A DNA stretch of 49,992 nt from Syntrophomonadaceae bacterium (lineage in GTDB: Bacteria > Bacillota > Dethiobacteria > DTU022): positions 1-49,992 of the forward strand of contig PUKV01000252.1 of assembly GCA_003550645.1 (NCBI GenBank), in the 5' to 3' direction. Numbering within the stretch: the first letter of the stretch is position 1; every line of letters begins with the position of its first letter. Position numbers and translations under genes: made by a program. The notes beneath the pieces are model-generated. The model was not told the origin of the DNA and searched no databases. It worked only from the letters and a program-made list of their open reading frames with translations. Of the stretch, positions 18,710 through 28,636 are shown piece by piece.

Positions 18710-18940
18710 CTATTCTGTAGTATAGGGGAGCAAGGCCATAATGCGAGCCCTTTTTATTGCCCGGGTCAACTGCCGCTGGTGCCTGGCACAGTTTCCAGAA
18801 ATTCGGCGCGGAAGCACTTTCCCTCGTTCGGTCAAGAACCGCTTTAATTTATCATACTGTTTGTAATCTATACTATCGATTTTATCTACACAAAAGCTGC
18901 AGATCTTTTTTTTCGGCTTTCTTCCTCGATCCCGCCTCAT
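18710..18940 (-). CDS. rpsR: 30S ribosomal protein S18 (Cys-containing form)
   Basis: [27 protein letters not shown] and ALLPY. Confidence 0.97.
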   Translation of the reverse strand: MRRDRGRKPKKKICSFCVDKIDSIDYKQYDKLKRFLTERGKVLPRRISGNCARHQRQLTRAIKRARIMALLPYTTE

Positions 18941-18958
18941 CTAATCACCCTCCTTCCG

Positions 18959-19366
18959 CTAAAAGGGAACATCGTCTCCACTAATATCAATATTATCAAC
19001 GTCTCCACCAGGAGCTTCATCCATGCCCGACTCATCAGAGCCGCGGGGACGGTCCAGGAATTGTACATCGCCGGCAACAACTTCAGCCACTTTCCGCCTT
19101 ACTCCCTGGCTGTCATCGAAAGAACGAATCTGCAAACGGCCACTGACTGCACATAGCCTGCCTTTCTTGAGGTAGTTGGCACAATTTTCAGCCTGCTTGC
19201 GCCAGGTTACTATTTTTATAAAATCTGCTTCCCGCTCCCCCTGCTGGTTGGTAAAAGGGCGGTCAACGGCAATCGAAAAAGTAGCAACCGGCACCCCGCT
19301 GCCGGCAGTATATCGCAATTCAGGATCATGGGTTAAGCGACCGATCAACACAACCTGGTTTAACAT
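18959..19366 (-). CDS. ssb: Single-stranded DNA-binding protein
   Basis: [21 protein letters not shown] fold and acidic DDVPF C-terminus. Confidence 0.97.
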   Translation of the reverse strand: MLNQVVLIGRLTHDPELRYTAGSGVPVATFSIAVDRPFTNQQGEREADFIKIVTWRKQAENCANYLKKGRLCAVSGRLQIRSFDDSQGVRRKVAEVVAGDVQFLDRPRGSDESGMDEAPGGDVDNIDISGDDVPF

Positions 19367-19386
19367 GTTAGACAGACCTCCCGGTT

Positions 19387-19890
19387 TTACTCTTTATCCG
19401 TTTCTTCAGACGGCTGTTCTTCCGCAGCGCTTTCGCCTTCTGCCGACTCTGCCGGCTCTGCAGCACTTTCTTCATCACCCGCTTCCTGCCCGGCCTCCTG
19501 GCCGGAATCAACAGCAGCTGCCGCTACTTCCTCTTCCTCAGCCTCTTCCGGCGCAGCCGGTTCTTCGATCTCCGGCTCTTCCGCAGCAGCGGTTTCATAA
19601 TAATCTTCTTCAACACGGACAACTAAAAAGCGAAGAACTGCATCATTGACTTTAAAGAAGTGTTCCAATTCAGGAATTATGGTGCCCTGGCCTTTGAAGT
19701 AAACCAGGTAATAGTGGCCTTCTGTGTGCTTTTCGATTTCGTAAGCAAGCCGGCGCTTGCGCCAGTCAACCAACTTGTCGACTGTGCCATCATTACCGGT
19801 GATGGTGTTTTTTATCCCGTTCAATACTTCCTCATGTTCTTCCGTCTCCAGATCCGGACGGATAATGAACATTACCTCATAAAGTCCCAT
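19387..19890 (-). CDS. rpsF: 30S ribosomal protein S6 with long acidic tail
   Basis: [23 protein letters not shown] and VLRFLVVR; first gene of rpsF-ssb-rpsR. Confidence 0.96.
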   Translation of the reverse strand: MGLYEVMFIIRPDLETEEHEEVLNGIKNTITGNDGTVDKLVDWRKRRLAYEIEKHTEGHYYLVYFKGQGTIIPELEHFFKVNDAVLRFLVVRVEEDYYETAAAEEPEIEEPAAPEEAEEEEVAAAAVDSGQEAGQEAGDEESAAEPAESAEGESAAEEQPSEETDKE

Positions 19891-19896
19891 CTTATA

Positions 19897-19936
19897 TCAC
19901 CTCCCTCTGGACTTACGGCCCCTATCGGAGCAGGGA
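19897..19936 (-). ncRNA. S6:S18 ribosomal protein leader (autoregulatory RNA)
   Basis: Minus strand CCCTGCTCCGATAGGGG-CCG-TAAGTCCAGAGGGAGGTGA: hairpin, CCG motif and SD directly before rpsF. Confidence 0.75.
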
Positions 19937-19948
19937 TATGCCTGGAAC

Positions 19949-19977
19949 ATAATAGCACAAGTGGCCGGGCAAGGCAA
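19949..19977 (-). promoter_or_regulatory. Sigma-A promoter of rpsF
   Basis: TTGCCT-N17-TATTAT with extended TG. Confidence 0.6.
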
Positions 19978-20105
19978 GCTAGCGCAGATGCTTTTTTTGT
20001 CTTACTTGATGCCTGCTTTAGTCCTGTTATTTCTGCTGGTCCTGATCACATTAAACTATTCCCACCTGCACAAGCAGCCTGCTGACAGCCAACTTTTTTA
20101 CATCA

Positions 20106-21155
20106 TTAACGCTGTGCTTCTTCCCGGTAAGCTGGACCCCGCTTGATGATCTCCAGGATCCCCCTGGCTGAACCAGCCAGCGGAACTGCAAGGACCATGC
20201 CCAGCAGGCCGGCCAGGCTTCCTCCAACTAGAATCGAAACAATAATTGTGATGGGGCGCAGCTTAATGATCCTGCCCAAAACAACGGGGGCCAGGAACAT
20301 ACCGTCAACTACCTGGATCCCGACATAAACAAGAATAATTAGAAACGGAGAAGGAGTCAGCGGAGAAAAGCTTAACAGGAGGGCAGGCACTGCCGCAATA
20401 TAAGGGCCAATATAAAGGATAAAATTGAAAACACCGGCAATTAGTCCCAGGAGCATGGCATAAGGCATACCGAGAATGAGCAGGACAATACTGGTTATCA
20501 CCCCGACTGCAAAACAACGAATCAAAGATCCCCTGATGAAAATTCCAACATTTGCATCCAGAACCCCGATTAACTCTTTAGCCAGGGCCCTGTGTTTAAC
20601 AGGAACAAGATCAACAAACTGGTCCCTGACCAGATGAAAATCGTAGAGCAAATAAAAAACCAGGAACAATATCAGAAAGAAATCAACTGCCCCCACGATA
20701 AGATGCAGTGAAGCTTCTGCAAGGTATTCAATCCCCTGGTGAATATTATCACTGAGGCCAACCAGGTAACTTCTGACTTCTTCTTCTACTTCAAAAATTA
20801 TGATCTGCTGCGATAGCCAGGAAATGTAGTCCTGAAAGCGAGCCAGGTAATGGGGAAAACTTTCGATCAGTTCGGTTGCTTCAAAGTAGATAATCGGGAC
20901 AATCAAACTGACAATAAGCGCACAGGTAAGGAGGAACACAAGAAAAACCAGGCCCGTTGCCAGGCCGTGCTGCATGTTAAAGCGTTTTTTTAAAAGTGTG
21001 AGCAGGGGGGAAAAAATATAGACAATCAGGGTGCTGACCAGGAGCAGTCCCACAACCCAGGAAATGCTGTAGAGCAGCAAAGCAGCTCCACCCAGCACTA
21101 CGATAAGGGTGATCAACCTGACAGTAAAAGCCCATTGTTTGTCCACAGGATTCAA
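20106..21155 (-). CDS. AI-2E family transporter (PerM-like permease)
   Basis: Multi-TM protein with YIFSPL, FIRGSLI, FNFILYIGP and GMVLAVP signatures. Confidence 0.85.
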   Translation of the reverse strand: MNPVDKQWAFTVRLITLIVVLGGAALLLYSISWVVGLLLVSTLIVYIFSPLLTLLKKRFNMQHGLATGLVFLVFLLTCALIVSLIVPIIYFEATELIESFPHYLARFQDYISWLSQQIIIFEVEEEVRSYLVGLSDNIHQGIEYLAEASLHLIVGAVDFFLILFLVFYLLYDFHLVRDQFVDLVPVKHRALAKELIGVLDANVGIFIRGSLIRCFAVGVITSIVLLILGMPYAMLLGLIAGVFNFILYIGPYIAAVPALLLSFSPLTPSPFLIILVYVGIQVVDGMFLAPVVLGRIIKLRPITIIVSILVGGSLAGLLGMVLAVPLAGSARGILEIIKRGPAYREEAQR

Positions 21156-21176
21156 TTATTAATCAATCCGCCCTTC

Positions 21177-22238
21177 TTACTGGCGAAACCTGAAAAACAA
21201 GACTTCACCATCTTTTACAGGGTAGTCACGCCCTTCAACCCTGGCCAGGCCTTTTTCGCGGGACCTGGCCAGGCTTCCTTCCGTAAAAAGGTTATCCCAG
21301 GCTATAACTTCAGCGTTGATAAACCCGCGCTCCATATCTGTATGTACTTTTCCGGCCGCCTCGATGGCACGGATCCCGGCCGGCACTACCCAGGCCCTGG
21401 CTTCGTCGCCCTTAACCGTATAAAAAGTAGATAATCCCAGGTGATCATAGCACTTCTTCAACAGCACTTCAGTCCGGCTTTCACTCATACCGTATGCTTC
21501 TAAAAAAGTCTTTCTTTCTTCTGCCTGCAGTTCAGTAAGTTCAGCCTCCAGCCCGGCACAGACAGGGACTACCGGGGTTTCTGGCGGGAAAAAAGACAAA
21601 TCGGGATCTAAAAAATATTCTTCATCCAGGTTATAGACATAAATCATTTCTTTAAGGGTTAGTAAAGATAGCTGATCGACAACAGCCTGTACTTCTTTAG
21701 AAAAATCAAGGTATCGTAAGAATACCCCCTGGTTTAAATGCTCTTCCAGGGCATTGAGGGCTTCCAGCTCCTGTTGCGCTGTTTTTTCGCCGCTTTTTAA
21801 CTTGGGTTCGACTTTTTGCTTCCTCCTGGCCACAACTTCAAGATCAGCCAGGCATAATTCCAGGTTGACCGTCTCCAGCCTTGTAAGCGGGGTTTCTTTG
21901 TCCACCGGCTGCAAATCAAAGCCCCCTACAACATGAATAAGAAGATCAACATCCCTGAGATGCCCCAGGAACTGGTTGCCAAGACCTTCGCCCCTGCTGG
22001 CCCCTTTCACCAGGCCGGCCACATCGAATATTTCGATGGTAGCCGGGGTAACTTTTTCAGAATTGAATACTTCAGCCAGGGCGCTTAACCTTTGATCGGG
22101 CAAAGGCACTACGGCTTTGTTGGAATCAATGGTAGAAAACGGGTAATTTTCTATAGTGACATCGAGCGCCGTTAGAGCTTTAAATAACGTGGATTTGCCG
22201 GCATTAGGCAACCCGACAATACCGCAGCTCCAGGCCAT
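21177..22238 (-). CDS. ychF: Redox-regulated ATPase YchF
   Basis: GIVGLPNAGKST, NYPFSTI, DVAGLVKGASRGEGLGNQFL and TGS domain HTDMERGFI. Confidence 0.95.
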   Translation of the reverse strand: MAWSCGIVGLPNAGKSTLFKALTALDVTIENYPFSTIDSNKAVVPLPDQRLSALAEVFNSEKVTPATIEIFDVAGLVKGASRGEGLGNQFLGHLRDVDLLIHVVGGFDLQPVDKETPLTRLETVNLELCLADLEVVARRKQKVEPKLKSGEKTAQQELEALNALEEHLNQGVFLRYLDFSKEVQAVVDQLSLLTLKEMIYVYNLDEEYFLDPDLSFFPPETPVVPVCAGLEAELTELQAEERKTFLEAYGMSESRTEVLLKKCYDHLGLSTFYTVKGDEARAWVVPAGIRAIEAAGKVHTDMERGFINAEVIAWDNLFTEGSLARSREKGLARVEGRDYPVKDGEVLFFRFRQ

Positions 22239-22255
22239 AACAATTCCTCCCCTGC

Positions 22256-22462
22256 CTAAACAGTGTCCGAATCATCGCCGGGTTCGGGATAAAAACCCTT
22301 TACACGGCGCTCAAAACGAGAACGGGGCATTAATACGCTGCGCCCGCAATTAACACATTTGATACGAAAATCCATACCGACCCTGATAATCCGCCAGCAG
22401 TTAGAACCACAGGGATGCCCTTTTTTCATCTGGACTAACTGACCCACACGGAAATCAACCAT
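22256..22462 (-). CDS. DUF951 family protein (YyzM-like)
   Basis: MKKGHPCGSNCWRIIRVGMDFRIKCVNCGRSVLMPR; usual neighbour of ychF. Confidence 0.88.
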   Translation of the reverse strand: MVDFRVGQLVQMKKGHPCGSNCWRIIRVGMDFRIKCVNCGRSVLMPRSRFERRVKGFYPEPGDDSDTV

Positions 22463-22501
22463 TGCGAGTAACCACCGGTCTTTATAGTCCTTTCAGTATC
22501 T

Positions 22502-23149
22502 TTAAAGCTTTTCCAATGCACTGTTGATTTGATCAGAAACATCGTCAATATCCTGGTTGCCATCGATCTTTTCCAGGACACCCCGGCCTTCGTAAAACTC
22601 GACCAGGGGCTCTGTTTGGTTTTTATATACCTCCAGTCTTTCTGTAACAGTGGCCAGGGAATCATCGTCCCGTTGATAAAGATCTCCGCCGCATTGATCA
22701 CAAACATTGCGAACCCTGGGAGGTTTATATTTAACATGGAAGCTAGCGCCGCAATCGCCGCAAACCCTGCGACCCGTAAGGCGTTCGATCAGCTCATTTT
22801 CATCGACTTCGATCAATAAAACCCTGTCAACCTGCGTTTCTATATCCGGCAGCACCTGTTCCAGGAATACTGCCTGATCAACCGTCCGGGGAAACCCGTC
22901 CAAAAGAGCACCGTTAACACAATCCGGTTCCATTAACCTGTCCCTGACAATTTCCACAACCAGGTTATCGGGTACCAGCTGGCCCTGATCCATGTATTCA
23001 CGTGCTTTTCGGCCCAGGGTGGAGCCTTCTTTTACAGCCTTCCGTAAAATGTCGCCTGTAGCAATATAAACAAGGCTAAACTTTTCAACAATCTTTTCCG
23101 CCTGTGTGCCCTTACCTGCTCCTGGCGGCCCTAAAAGAATTATCAGCAT
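22502..23149 (-). CDS. adk: Adenylate kinase (Zn-LID type)
   Basis: GPPGAGKGTQA, LDGFPRT, LID CGDC...CDQC and QRDDD. Confidence 0.95.
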   Translation of the reverse strand: MLIILLGPPGAGKGTQAEKIVEKFSLVYIATGDILRKAVKEGSTLGRKAREYMDQGQLVPDNLVVEIVRDRLMEPDCVNGALLDGFPRTVDQAVFLEQVLPDIETQVDRVLLIEVDENELIERLTGRRVCGDCGASFHVKYKPPRVRNVCDQCGGDLYQRDDDSLATVTERLEVYKNQTEPLVEFYEGRGVLEKIDGNQDIDDVSDQINSALEKL

Positions 23150-23215
23150 GTCAATACCTCGCTTTTCAATTCTAAATTATTTAGATTCTTGCTTTAAAGA
23201 ATACAAATAACTAAA

Positions 23216-23240
23216 TTTCTTCTTTTTATTTCTAATTCCT
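23216..23240 (-). promoter_or_regulatory. SigH-like promoter of adk
   Basis: Minus strand gcAGGA-N17-GAAA. Confidence 0.45.
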
Positions 23241-23280
23241 GCCGAAGATAAATAAAAACAGCCAAAAAGCTTTTTTAAAC

Positions 23281-23314
23281 AAGAAAACAGGAAGCAGAAT
23301 CACTTGCTTCCTGT
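23281..23314 (-). terminator. Intrinsic terminator after bactofilin
   Basis: ACAGGAAGCA/TGCTTCCTGT stem followed by a T-rich run on the minus strand. Confidence 0.65.
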
Positions 23315-23349
23315 GCCTGGTATTATTGTATTGGCGCTTTACCTGGCTA

Positions 23350-23826
23350 CTAAAGAGCTCTCTCGTGGGATGTGCTTTCACTTAAAGGGCTTTGGTACTT
23401 GCTTTTTTCTTCTGCCTCAGTGTCAACTGTACCATAAGCTTTGTCTTTCTTAACCTGGCTTTCTTCAGGCTCTTCCTCATGTTCCATTTCCATGGTCCCT
23501 GAAAGGACAGCACCTTCTTCAATCACCAGGGCATTGGCCTTAAAAGTCCCAACCGCAACACCTGTTCTTTTTAATTCCAGTTTCCCTTCCGCTTCCAGGG
23601 TTCCTTTAAAATTGCCGGCAATGGTGATGTTACGGGCTTTTACTTCCACCGAAACCCGGCCGCCTTCTCCAACTACAATATCGCCCTGGTTTATAATCGT
23701 GCCTTCTGCTTCTCCATCAATACGGATGAGCCCTTTGCCGTTGATGGTGCCGTTAAATACAGTATCCTTTCCGATAATGGTATTTACCTTGTCAGACGAA
23801 ACTTCCATATTATCTTTTTTAAACAA
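23350..23826 (-). CDS. Bactofilin (polymer-forming cytoskeletal protein, CcmA family)
   Basis: TIIGKDTVFNGTI..LIRIDGEAEG..VGEGGRV..LVIEEGAVLSG beta-helix repeats; MFKK N-terminus. Confidence 0.9.
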   Translation of the reverse strand: MFKKDNMEVSSDKVNTIIGKDTVFNGTINGKGLIRIDGEAEGTIINQGDIVVGEGGRVSVEVKARNITIAGNFKGTLEAEGKLELKRTGVAVGTFKANALVIEEGAVLSGTMEMEHEEEPEESQVKKDKAYGTVDTEAEEKSKYQSPLSESTSHERAL

Positions 23827-23876
23827 GCTTTTTTCCTCCTATCACTTAGTTTAATTATTATCTGGTCAAAGCCGGG

Positions 23877-24863
23877 CTACTCAAAGTACCTTTCCGGGTT
23901 TACAGGAGAACCTTCATTATGAACTTCATAGTGCAGGTGCACACCTGTGGTTCGTCCGGAAGCACCCATATAGCCTATAGTTTCTCCCCTCTCGACTTGA
24001 TCTCCTTTGTTTACAGCAAAGCCTGCCAGGTGGGCATAATAAGTTTCATAGCCATAACCATGGTCTATGATCAAAAGGTTTCCGAAACTGCCCCGGTAGC
24101 CGGAAAAAGTGACCTTGCCATCTGCGGTAGCCCAGATTGGCGATCCCCGGGAACCAATTATATCTACCCCGGTATGAAACTGGTAACCACCGCCATAGGG
24201 AATGGATCTCATCCCGAAGCCGGAAGAAACACGTCCCCTCGCCGGCCAGATAGAAGGTTTCGCCTTTGCTCTTTCGGCATATTCGCCAAGGAGATCTAAG
24301 GTTTCAGAGCGTTCCGGAACTATATTTTTCAGCACCTCAATATTGCCGGAGGTTCTTTCTAAAAGGTTGCCGCTGGATTGGGCTTGATCGTAAGGCCGTT
24401 CATAGGCCAGCGGTCCTGTCATTTCAAGCGAAGGGGATTTTGAATTGGAAGCATAGCCGTTGTATCTTGGAGTAGAAGAATTTGAATTGGAATCGGATTG
24501 GTTTTCCAGGGCTTCATCCACTTCTTCTTCTTCCAGTTCCAACTTTTCAGTAACAAACTTCACCAGCTCGTCAACATCACGCAGCTGATCCATCATTCTT
24601 TCAGTTTCTATGGCCAGGGAGTCGATTTCTTCCTGCTGGGCCCGGTTTAAATCTCTCAATGCCTGGGCCTCTCTGGCCTCAGCTGCCGCTTTCAGATAGG
24701 CATAACCGAGAGCACTGAATCCGGCTACCCCGAGGACCAGTATGCCAACAGCAACCTGGACCACAAACAGCGGCAGCCGCAGGCTGAAAGTAGCTTCCTC
24801 GGAATGGGGAACAATCATAATTGTAAAACAACGTTTTTCTTTCTTGGATGACATAACCTGCAA
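23877..24863 (-). CDS. Bitopic coiled-coil M23 family peptidase
   Basis: N-terminal FTIMIVPH peptide, TM helix, coiled coil, PSIWP, HTGVD and TGVHLHYEV. Confidence 0.9.
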   Translation of the reverse strand: MQVMSSKKEKRCFTIMIVPHSEEATFSLRLPLFVVQVAVGILVLGVAGFSALGYAYLKAAAEAREAQALRDLNRAQQEEIDSLAIETERMMDQLRDVDELVKFVTEKLELEEEEVDEALENQSDSNSNSSTPRYNGYASNSKSPSLEMTGPLAYERPYDQAQSSGNLLERTSGNIEVLKNIVPERSETLDLLGEYAERAKAKPSIWPARGRVSSGFGMRSIPYGGGYQFHTGVDIIGSRGSPIWATADGKVTFSGYRGSFGNLLIIDHGYGYETYYAHLAGFAVNKGDQVERGETIGYMGASGRTTGVHLHYEVHNEGSPVNPERYFE

Positions 24864-25108
24864 CTACTCCTTGATTAATTCTTCGACCTTGATAATGTGG
24901 TGTTAAATCTTTTCGTTAAAAAAATCGGGTTTTTAAAAACACCACTTCTGGTATTCTCCCCCGATATCATTTACTCGTCAATTATATCACAACAAATCCA
25001 GACCGAACAAATTCACAATCTTCTGCCGCCATAGATGGCTCTTGCATGCAGCAGCGGAATATCCAGCCTTTGTGTTTAACACTCCCTGGAATAAGCAGCA
25101 GTGAAATA

Positions 25109-25124
25109 TGTTTCACGTGAAACA
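25109..25124. promoter_or_regulatory. parS centromere site
   Basis: Perfect TGTTTCACGTGAAACA immediately downstream of parB. Confidence 0.95.
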
Positions 25125-25128
25125 TTTA

Positions 25129-25998
25129 CTAGAGCCCCTCTGGCAGCAGCTTTGATACAACCCGCTCCAGATCCTCGTCACCGTAATAATATATTTCAAT
25201 AGAACCTCCTTTTTTGCCCGGTTTTATCTTAACTTTTGTCCCAAGTGCTCTCTGCATTTGCAGCTGCAATTCTGCCTGCAGCGGATCCGGACCGCTGTTG
25301 CCGTCTAGCCCCTCTTCAGTTTTCTGCTCTTTAGTGCGATTCAGCTTTGCAACCATTCTCTCCGCTTCACGGGCAGAAAAGCCTTCTTTAGTTATTAAGC
25401 GGGCTGCTTCTATTTGTTTGTTCTGATCGGCAATTGACAGTAGCGGGCGAACCTGCCCCGCTGTCAACTCATTTTTGGCCAGCATATCCAGGATTTTATC
25501 AGGCAGGCCAAGAAGCCTGAGACTGTTGGCGACTGAAGGCCTGCTCCGGCCCAGTCGATGTGCCAGTTCTTCCTGGGTATAATTATGTTCCTGCATTAAC
25601 CGTTTATAGGCCATTGCTTCGTCAACAGGATTTAGATCTTCCCTCTGCAAGTTTTCGATGAGGGCAATTTCAAGCATCGTTTTTCTGTCTACCGGTTTTA
25701 CAATGGTCGGAATAGATCTTAAGCCGGCTTGCTTTGCCGCCCGGCAGCGCCTCTCACCTGCAACCAGGGTATAGCTTTTTCCGTCATCGTCCGGCGAAAC
25801 CACTACAGCCTGCAAAACACCGTGCTCCTTGATGGAAGCAGCAAGTTCTTTTAATTTTTCATCATCAAAATCGCGGCGCGGCTGATATGGATTGGGCTTA
25901 ATCAGGTCAAGAGAAATTTCATTTGTTTCAGCACCCTCATCCATTACTTCCGGGATTAATGCCCCCAGGCCCCTACCCAAGCGTCTCTTTTCTGGCAT
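25129..25998 (-). CDS. parB: Chromosome partitioning protein ParB (Spo0J)
   Basis: [34 protein letters not shown] and [15 protein letters not shown]. Confidence 0.96.
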   Translation of the reverse strand: MPEKRRLGRGLGALIPEVMDEGAETNEISLDLIKPNPYQPRRDFDDEKLKELAASIKEHGVLQAVVVSPDDDGKSYTLVAGERRCRAAKQAGLRSIPTIVKPVDRKTMLEIALIENLQREDLNPVDEAMAYKRLMQEHNYTQEELAHRLGRSRPSVANSLRLLGLPDKILDMLAKNELTAGQVRPLLSIADQNKQIEAARLITKEGFSAREAERMVAKLNRTKEQKTEEGLDGNSGPDPLQAELQLQMQRALGTKVKIKPGKKGGSIEIYYYGDEDLERVVSKLLPEGL

Positions 25999-26752
25999 TC
26001 TCTAATACCTCCCGGGCTAAAGAAAGATGTAGTTTGGCCCCCTTACTGCGCGGATCATATTCAAGAATGTGCTGGCCATAACTGGGAGCTTCACTTAAAC
26101 GAATATTACGCGGTATCACCGTATTATAAACATAATGCTTAAAATAATTCCGGACCTCTTCTGCCACTTGTTCAGAAAGATTTGTACGTATATCATACAT
26201 GGTCAGGACCACACCTTCAATGGTTAAACTATCATTAAGGTGTTTTCGAACCAGGTGGATAGTGTTCATGAGCTGGCCCAGGCCTTCCAGCGCATAATAT
26301 TCGCACTGGATCGGGATCATGATCCCGTGCGCAGCATTCAGTGCATTAAGAGTAAGTAGTCCCAGTGAAGGAGGGCAATCAATTATAATAAAAGAATAGT
26401 CATCAAGTAGCTGTCCCATGGCCTTTTTTAGCTTATCCTCGCGTTCATTCATTGATACAAGCTCTATTTCTGCTCCTGCCAGCTGTATCGTCGCCGGTAC
26501 CAAGACCATGTTTTCCCACCGGGTTGGCATAATCACATTCTTTAAAGGCAAATCATCAATCAAAACATTATAGATACAAGTTTTCAGGTTCTCCCTGGCC
26601 AGCCCAACACCACTGGTAGCGTTCCCCTGTGGATCAATATCGATAAGCAGAACCTTTTCTCCCATTGTAGCCAGCGAAGCGCTGAGGTTTATGGCGGTAG
26701 TTGTTTTTCCTACACCACCTTTTTGATTTGCAATAGCAATTACCCTGGCCAT
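25973..26752 (-). CDS. parA: ParA ATPase (Soj)
   Basis: [33 protein letters not shown] and RLSEAPS. Confidence 0.97.
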   Translation of the reverse strand: MARVIAIANQKGGVGKTTTAINLSASLATMGEKVLLIDIDPQGNATSGVGLARENLKTCIYNVLIDDLPLKNVIMPTRWENMVLVPATIQLAGAEIELVSMNEREDKLKKAMGQLLDDYSFIIIDCPPSLGLLTLNALNAAHGIMIPIQCEYYALEGLGQLMNTIHLVRKHLNDSLTIEGVVLTMYDIRTNLSEQVAEEVRNYFKHYVYNTVIPRNIRLSEAPSYGQHILEYDPRSKGAKLHLSLAREVLENARKETLG

Positions 26753-26765
26753 ATTATATCTCTCC

Positions 26766-27653
26766 TCATGATGGCTTATTATTGTTCTTATTTGCTGCCT
26801 GTTCCTTTTTACTATGCTTATGCTGCAGCATTTCCCTGGTTAACCTGATATTTATCTCAATGTAATCCGGCTCCACAGTTTCATTTACTTCAGGATAAAA
26901 ACCGGAGCTCTTTATCACCTGGATCGCTTCCCTGATTGTATTTAAAACAATACGCATATCCCTGATGATTGGCTTAGAACCTTTGACCCTTTTTTGACTT
27001 TCTTTTTCACCGCTAATTCTTGCAATTCTATTTTCTGCCTGTTTTACTGTCAATCCACTCTGTCCTATTTCCTCAATCATTTTCAGCTGCTCTTCTTCAT
27101 TAACAAGCCTGAGCAGGGCCCGGGCATGTCTCTCTGAAAGATTATACTCCTGTAATTTTTCACGCACAGCCTCGGGCAATTTAAGCAGCCTTATTTTATT
27201 TGCTATTGTAGACTGGCTTTTCCCCAGTCTTTGGGCCAGGACTTCCTGGGTCAGGTTGAAGTTTTTCATCAGGCTTACATAACCATTGGCTTCTTCAATA
27301 ATATTTAAGTTTTCCCGCTGCAGGTTTTCAATCAAAGCAGTTGTGGCCATATCATTGTCGGTGAGGGTTTTGACTGCTGCCGAGATTTTTTTCCACCCCA
27401 GCTTTTTACAGGCAAGATATCGGCGTTCGCCAACTACCAGTTGATAACCGCTTCCAACCCTGCGCACAACAATAGGTTGAATTAATCCTGATGCTTTAAT
27501 TGACTGGGCCAGTTCGTCGATTTTTTCCTGGACTATTTCCCGCCTCGGTTGAAACGGGTTGGGTTTAATCCGATCAAGATCAATAGCCAGGACTTTATCT
27601 GTCGATGGTTCTATTTCTGCTGCCGTTAACTGTTGATGCATTTTTTCTGACAT
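26766..27653 (-). CDS. noc: Nucleoid occlusion protein Noc (ParB paralog)
   Basis: ParB fold plus [14 protein letters not shown] and [11 protein letters not shown]; lies between rsmG and soj. Confidence 0.88.
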   Translation of the reverse strand: MSEKMHQQLTAAEIEPSTDKVLAIDLDRIKPNPFQPRREIVQEKIDELAQSIKASGLIQPIVVRRVGSGYQLVVGERRYLACKKLGWKKISAAVKTLTDNDMATTALIENLQRENLNIIEEANGYVSLMKNFNLTQEVLAQRLGKSQSTIANKIRLLKLPEAVREKLQEYNLSERHARALLRLVNEEEQLKMIEEIGQSGLTVKQAENRIARISGEKESQKRVKGSKPIIRDMRIVLNTIREAIQVIKSSGFYPEVNETVEPDYIEINIRLTREMLQHKHSKKEQAANKNNNKPS

Positions 27654-27701
27654 TACCTCAACATCCTTTTCAAAGCTTTAATGGGGCAGGGTTTCTCAGC
27701 C

Positions 27702-27717
27702 TGTTTCACATGAAACC
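27702..27717. promoter_or_regulatory. Degenerate parS site upstream of noc
   Basis: TGTTTCACATGAAACC, two mismatches to the consensus. Confidence 0.6.
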
Positions 27718-27800
27718 CGGCAATTATATGTAGAGCCTGGAAGTGACTGATCAAAAAACTTATCACATCATTAAATTAGACAGTTCTTCGTTCTTTCCTT

Positions 27801-27846
27801 CAAATATATTTTTGTTCTTCCAAACATATTTTTGTTCTTCAAACAT
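27801..27846. repeat. 20-bp tandem repeat (two units plus a partial)
   Basis: CAAATATATTTTTGTTCTTC / CAAACATATTTTTGTTCTTC / AAACAT between rsmG and noc. Confidence 0.8.
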
Positions 27847-27878
27847 GATCTTTTGAGAAGCGGGCCATTAGAACCCGT

Positions 27879-28610
27879 TTATTTCAAAGGCCTGCGGGCA
27901 GGGACACCCGCCCGGCGCGGGTATTTTAGGGGGGTTGCCCTGGTTTTCCTGATATTATAAAGCAGCCTCTGCTCACCGTCTTTCAATTCATAAGTCCACT
28001 CGGCTTCTAATACCCCACCGCATGCTGATAAAGCCTTAACAGCTTCCCGGGCTTCACCTTTCCCCTTCGGACCTTTATAAAATAGCGCCCGGCCGCCTTT
28101 TCTCAGCAGCGGCAGTGCCAGCTCCACCAGGACCGCCATTTCCGCTACAGCCTTACTCAAAACAAGGTCATACTGCTCCCGGTAGCCACTGCCCTGTCCG
28201 TATTCTTCCGCTCTTCCACACAGGACACATGCTTTTTCCAGGTTTAACTCATTGATCACATCACTCAAAAATGCAGCTTTCTTCCGGTTTGCATCCATCA
28301 AAAATAATTCTATTGAAGGCCTGCATATTTTAAGGGGTAAGCCAGGCAGCCCACCTCCACTGCCGAGGTCTACTATCTTTAAGCCGGGTTCGAGTGCAGT
28401 AACTTCCAAGATTTTGAGCGAATCATAAATCTGCTTCCATATAATCCCCTCCAAACTCTTTTCCCCGGTTAGCCTTAACTTGTTCAAGCCTTCATGCAGC
28501 AGCATGGCAAATTGAGCCACTTGCTTTTTCGTGATGGCATCAATAGTGCCTATGTTCAAATCCGTAAACATCTCTTCAATATGGGCTTGAACGCGTCCGG
28601 ACATAATCAC
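27879..28610 (-). CDS. rsmG: 16S rRNA m7G527 methyltransferase RsmG (GidB)
   Basis: VDLGSGGGLPGLPL, GRAEE, SKAVA and TPLKYPRRAGVP. Confidence 0.93.
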   Translation of the reverse strand: MIMSGRVQAHIEEMFTDLNIGTIDAITKKQVAQFAMLLHEGLNKLRLTGEKSLEGIIWKQIYDSLKILEVTALEPGLKIVDLGSGGGLPGLPLKICRPSIELFLMDANRKKAAFLSDVINELNLEKACVLCGRAEEYGQGSGYREQYDLVLSKAVAEMAVLVELALPLLRKGGRALFYKGPKGKGEAREAVKALSACGGVLEAEWTYELKDGEQRLLYNIRKTRATPLKYPRRAGVPARRPLK

Positions 28611-28636
28611 TTAAGCTCCAATCATTTTAACACCGT

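Noticed and set aside
27781-27846. Tandem repeats as a possible mini CRISPR array
   Set aside because: The units are directly adjacent with no unique spacers, and there are no cas genes in the window
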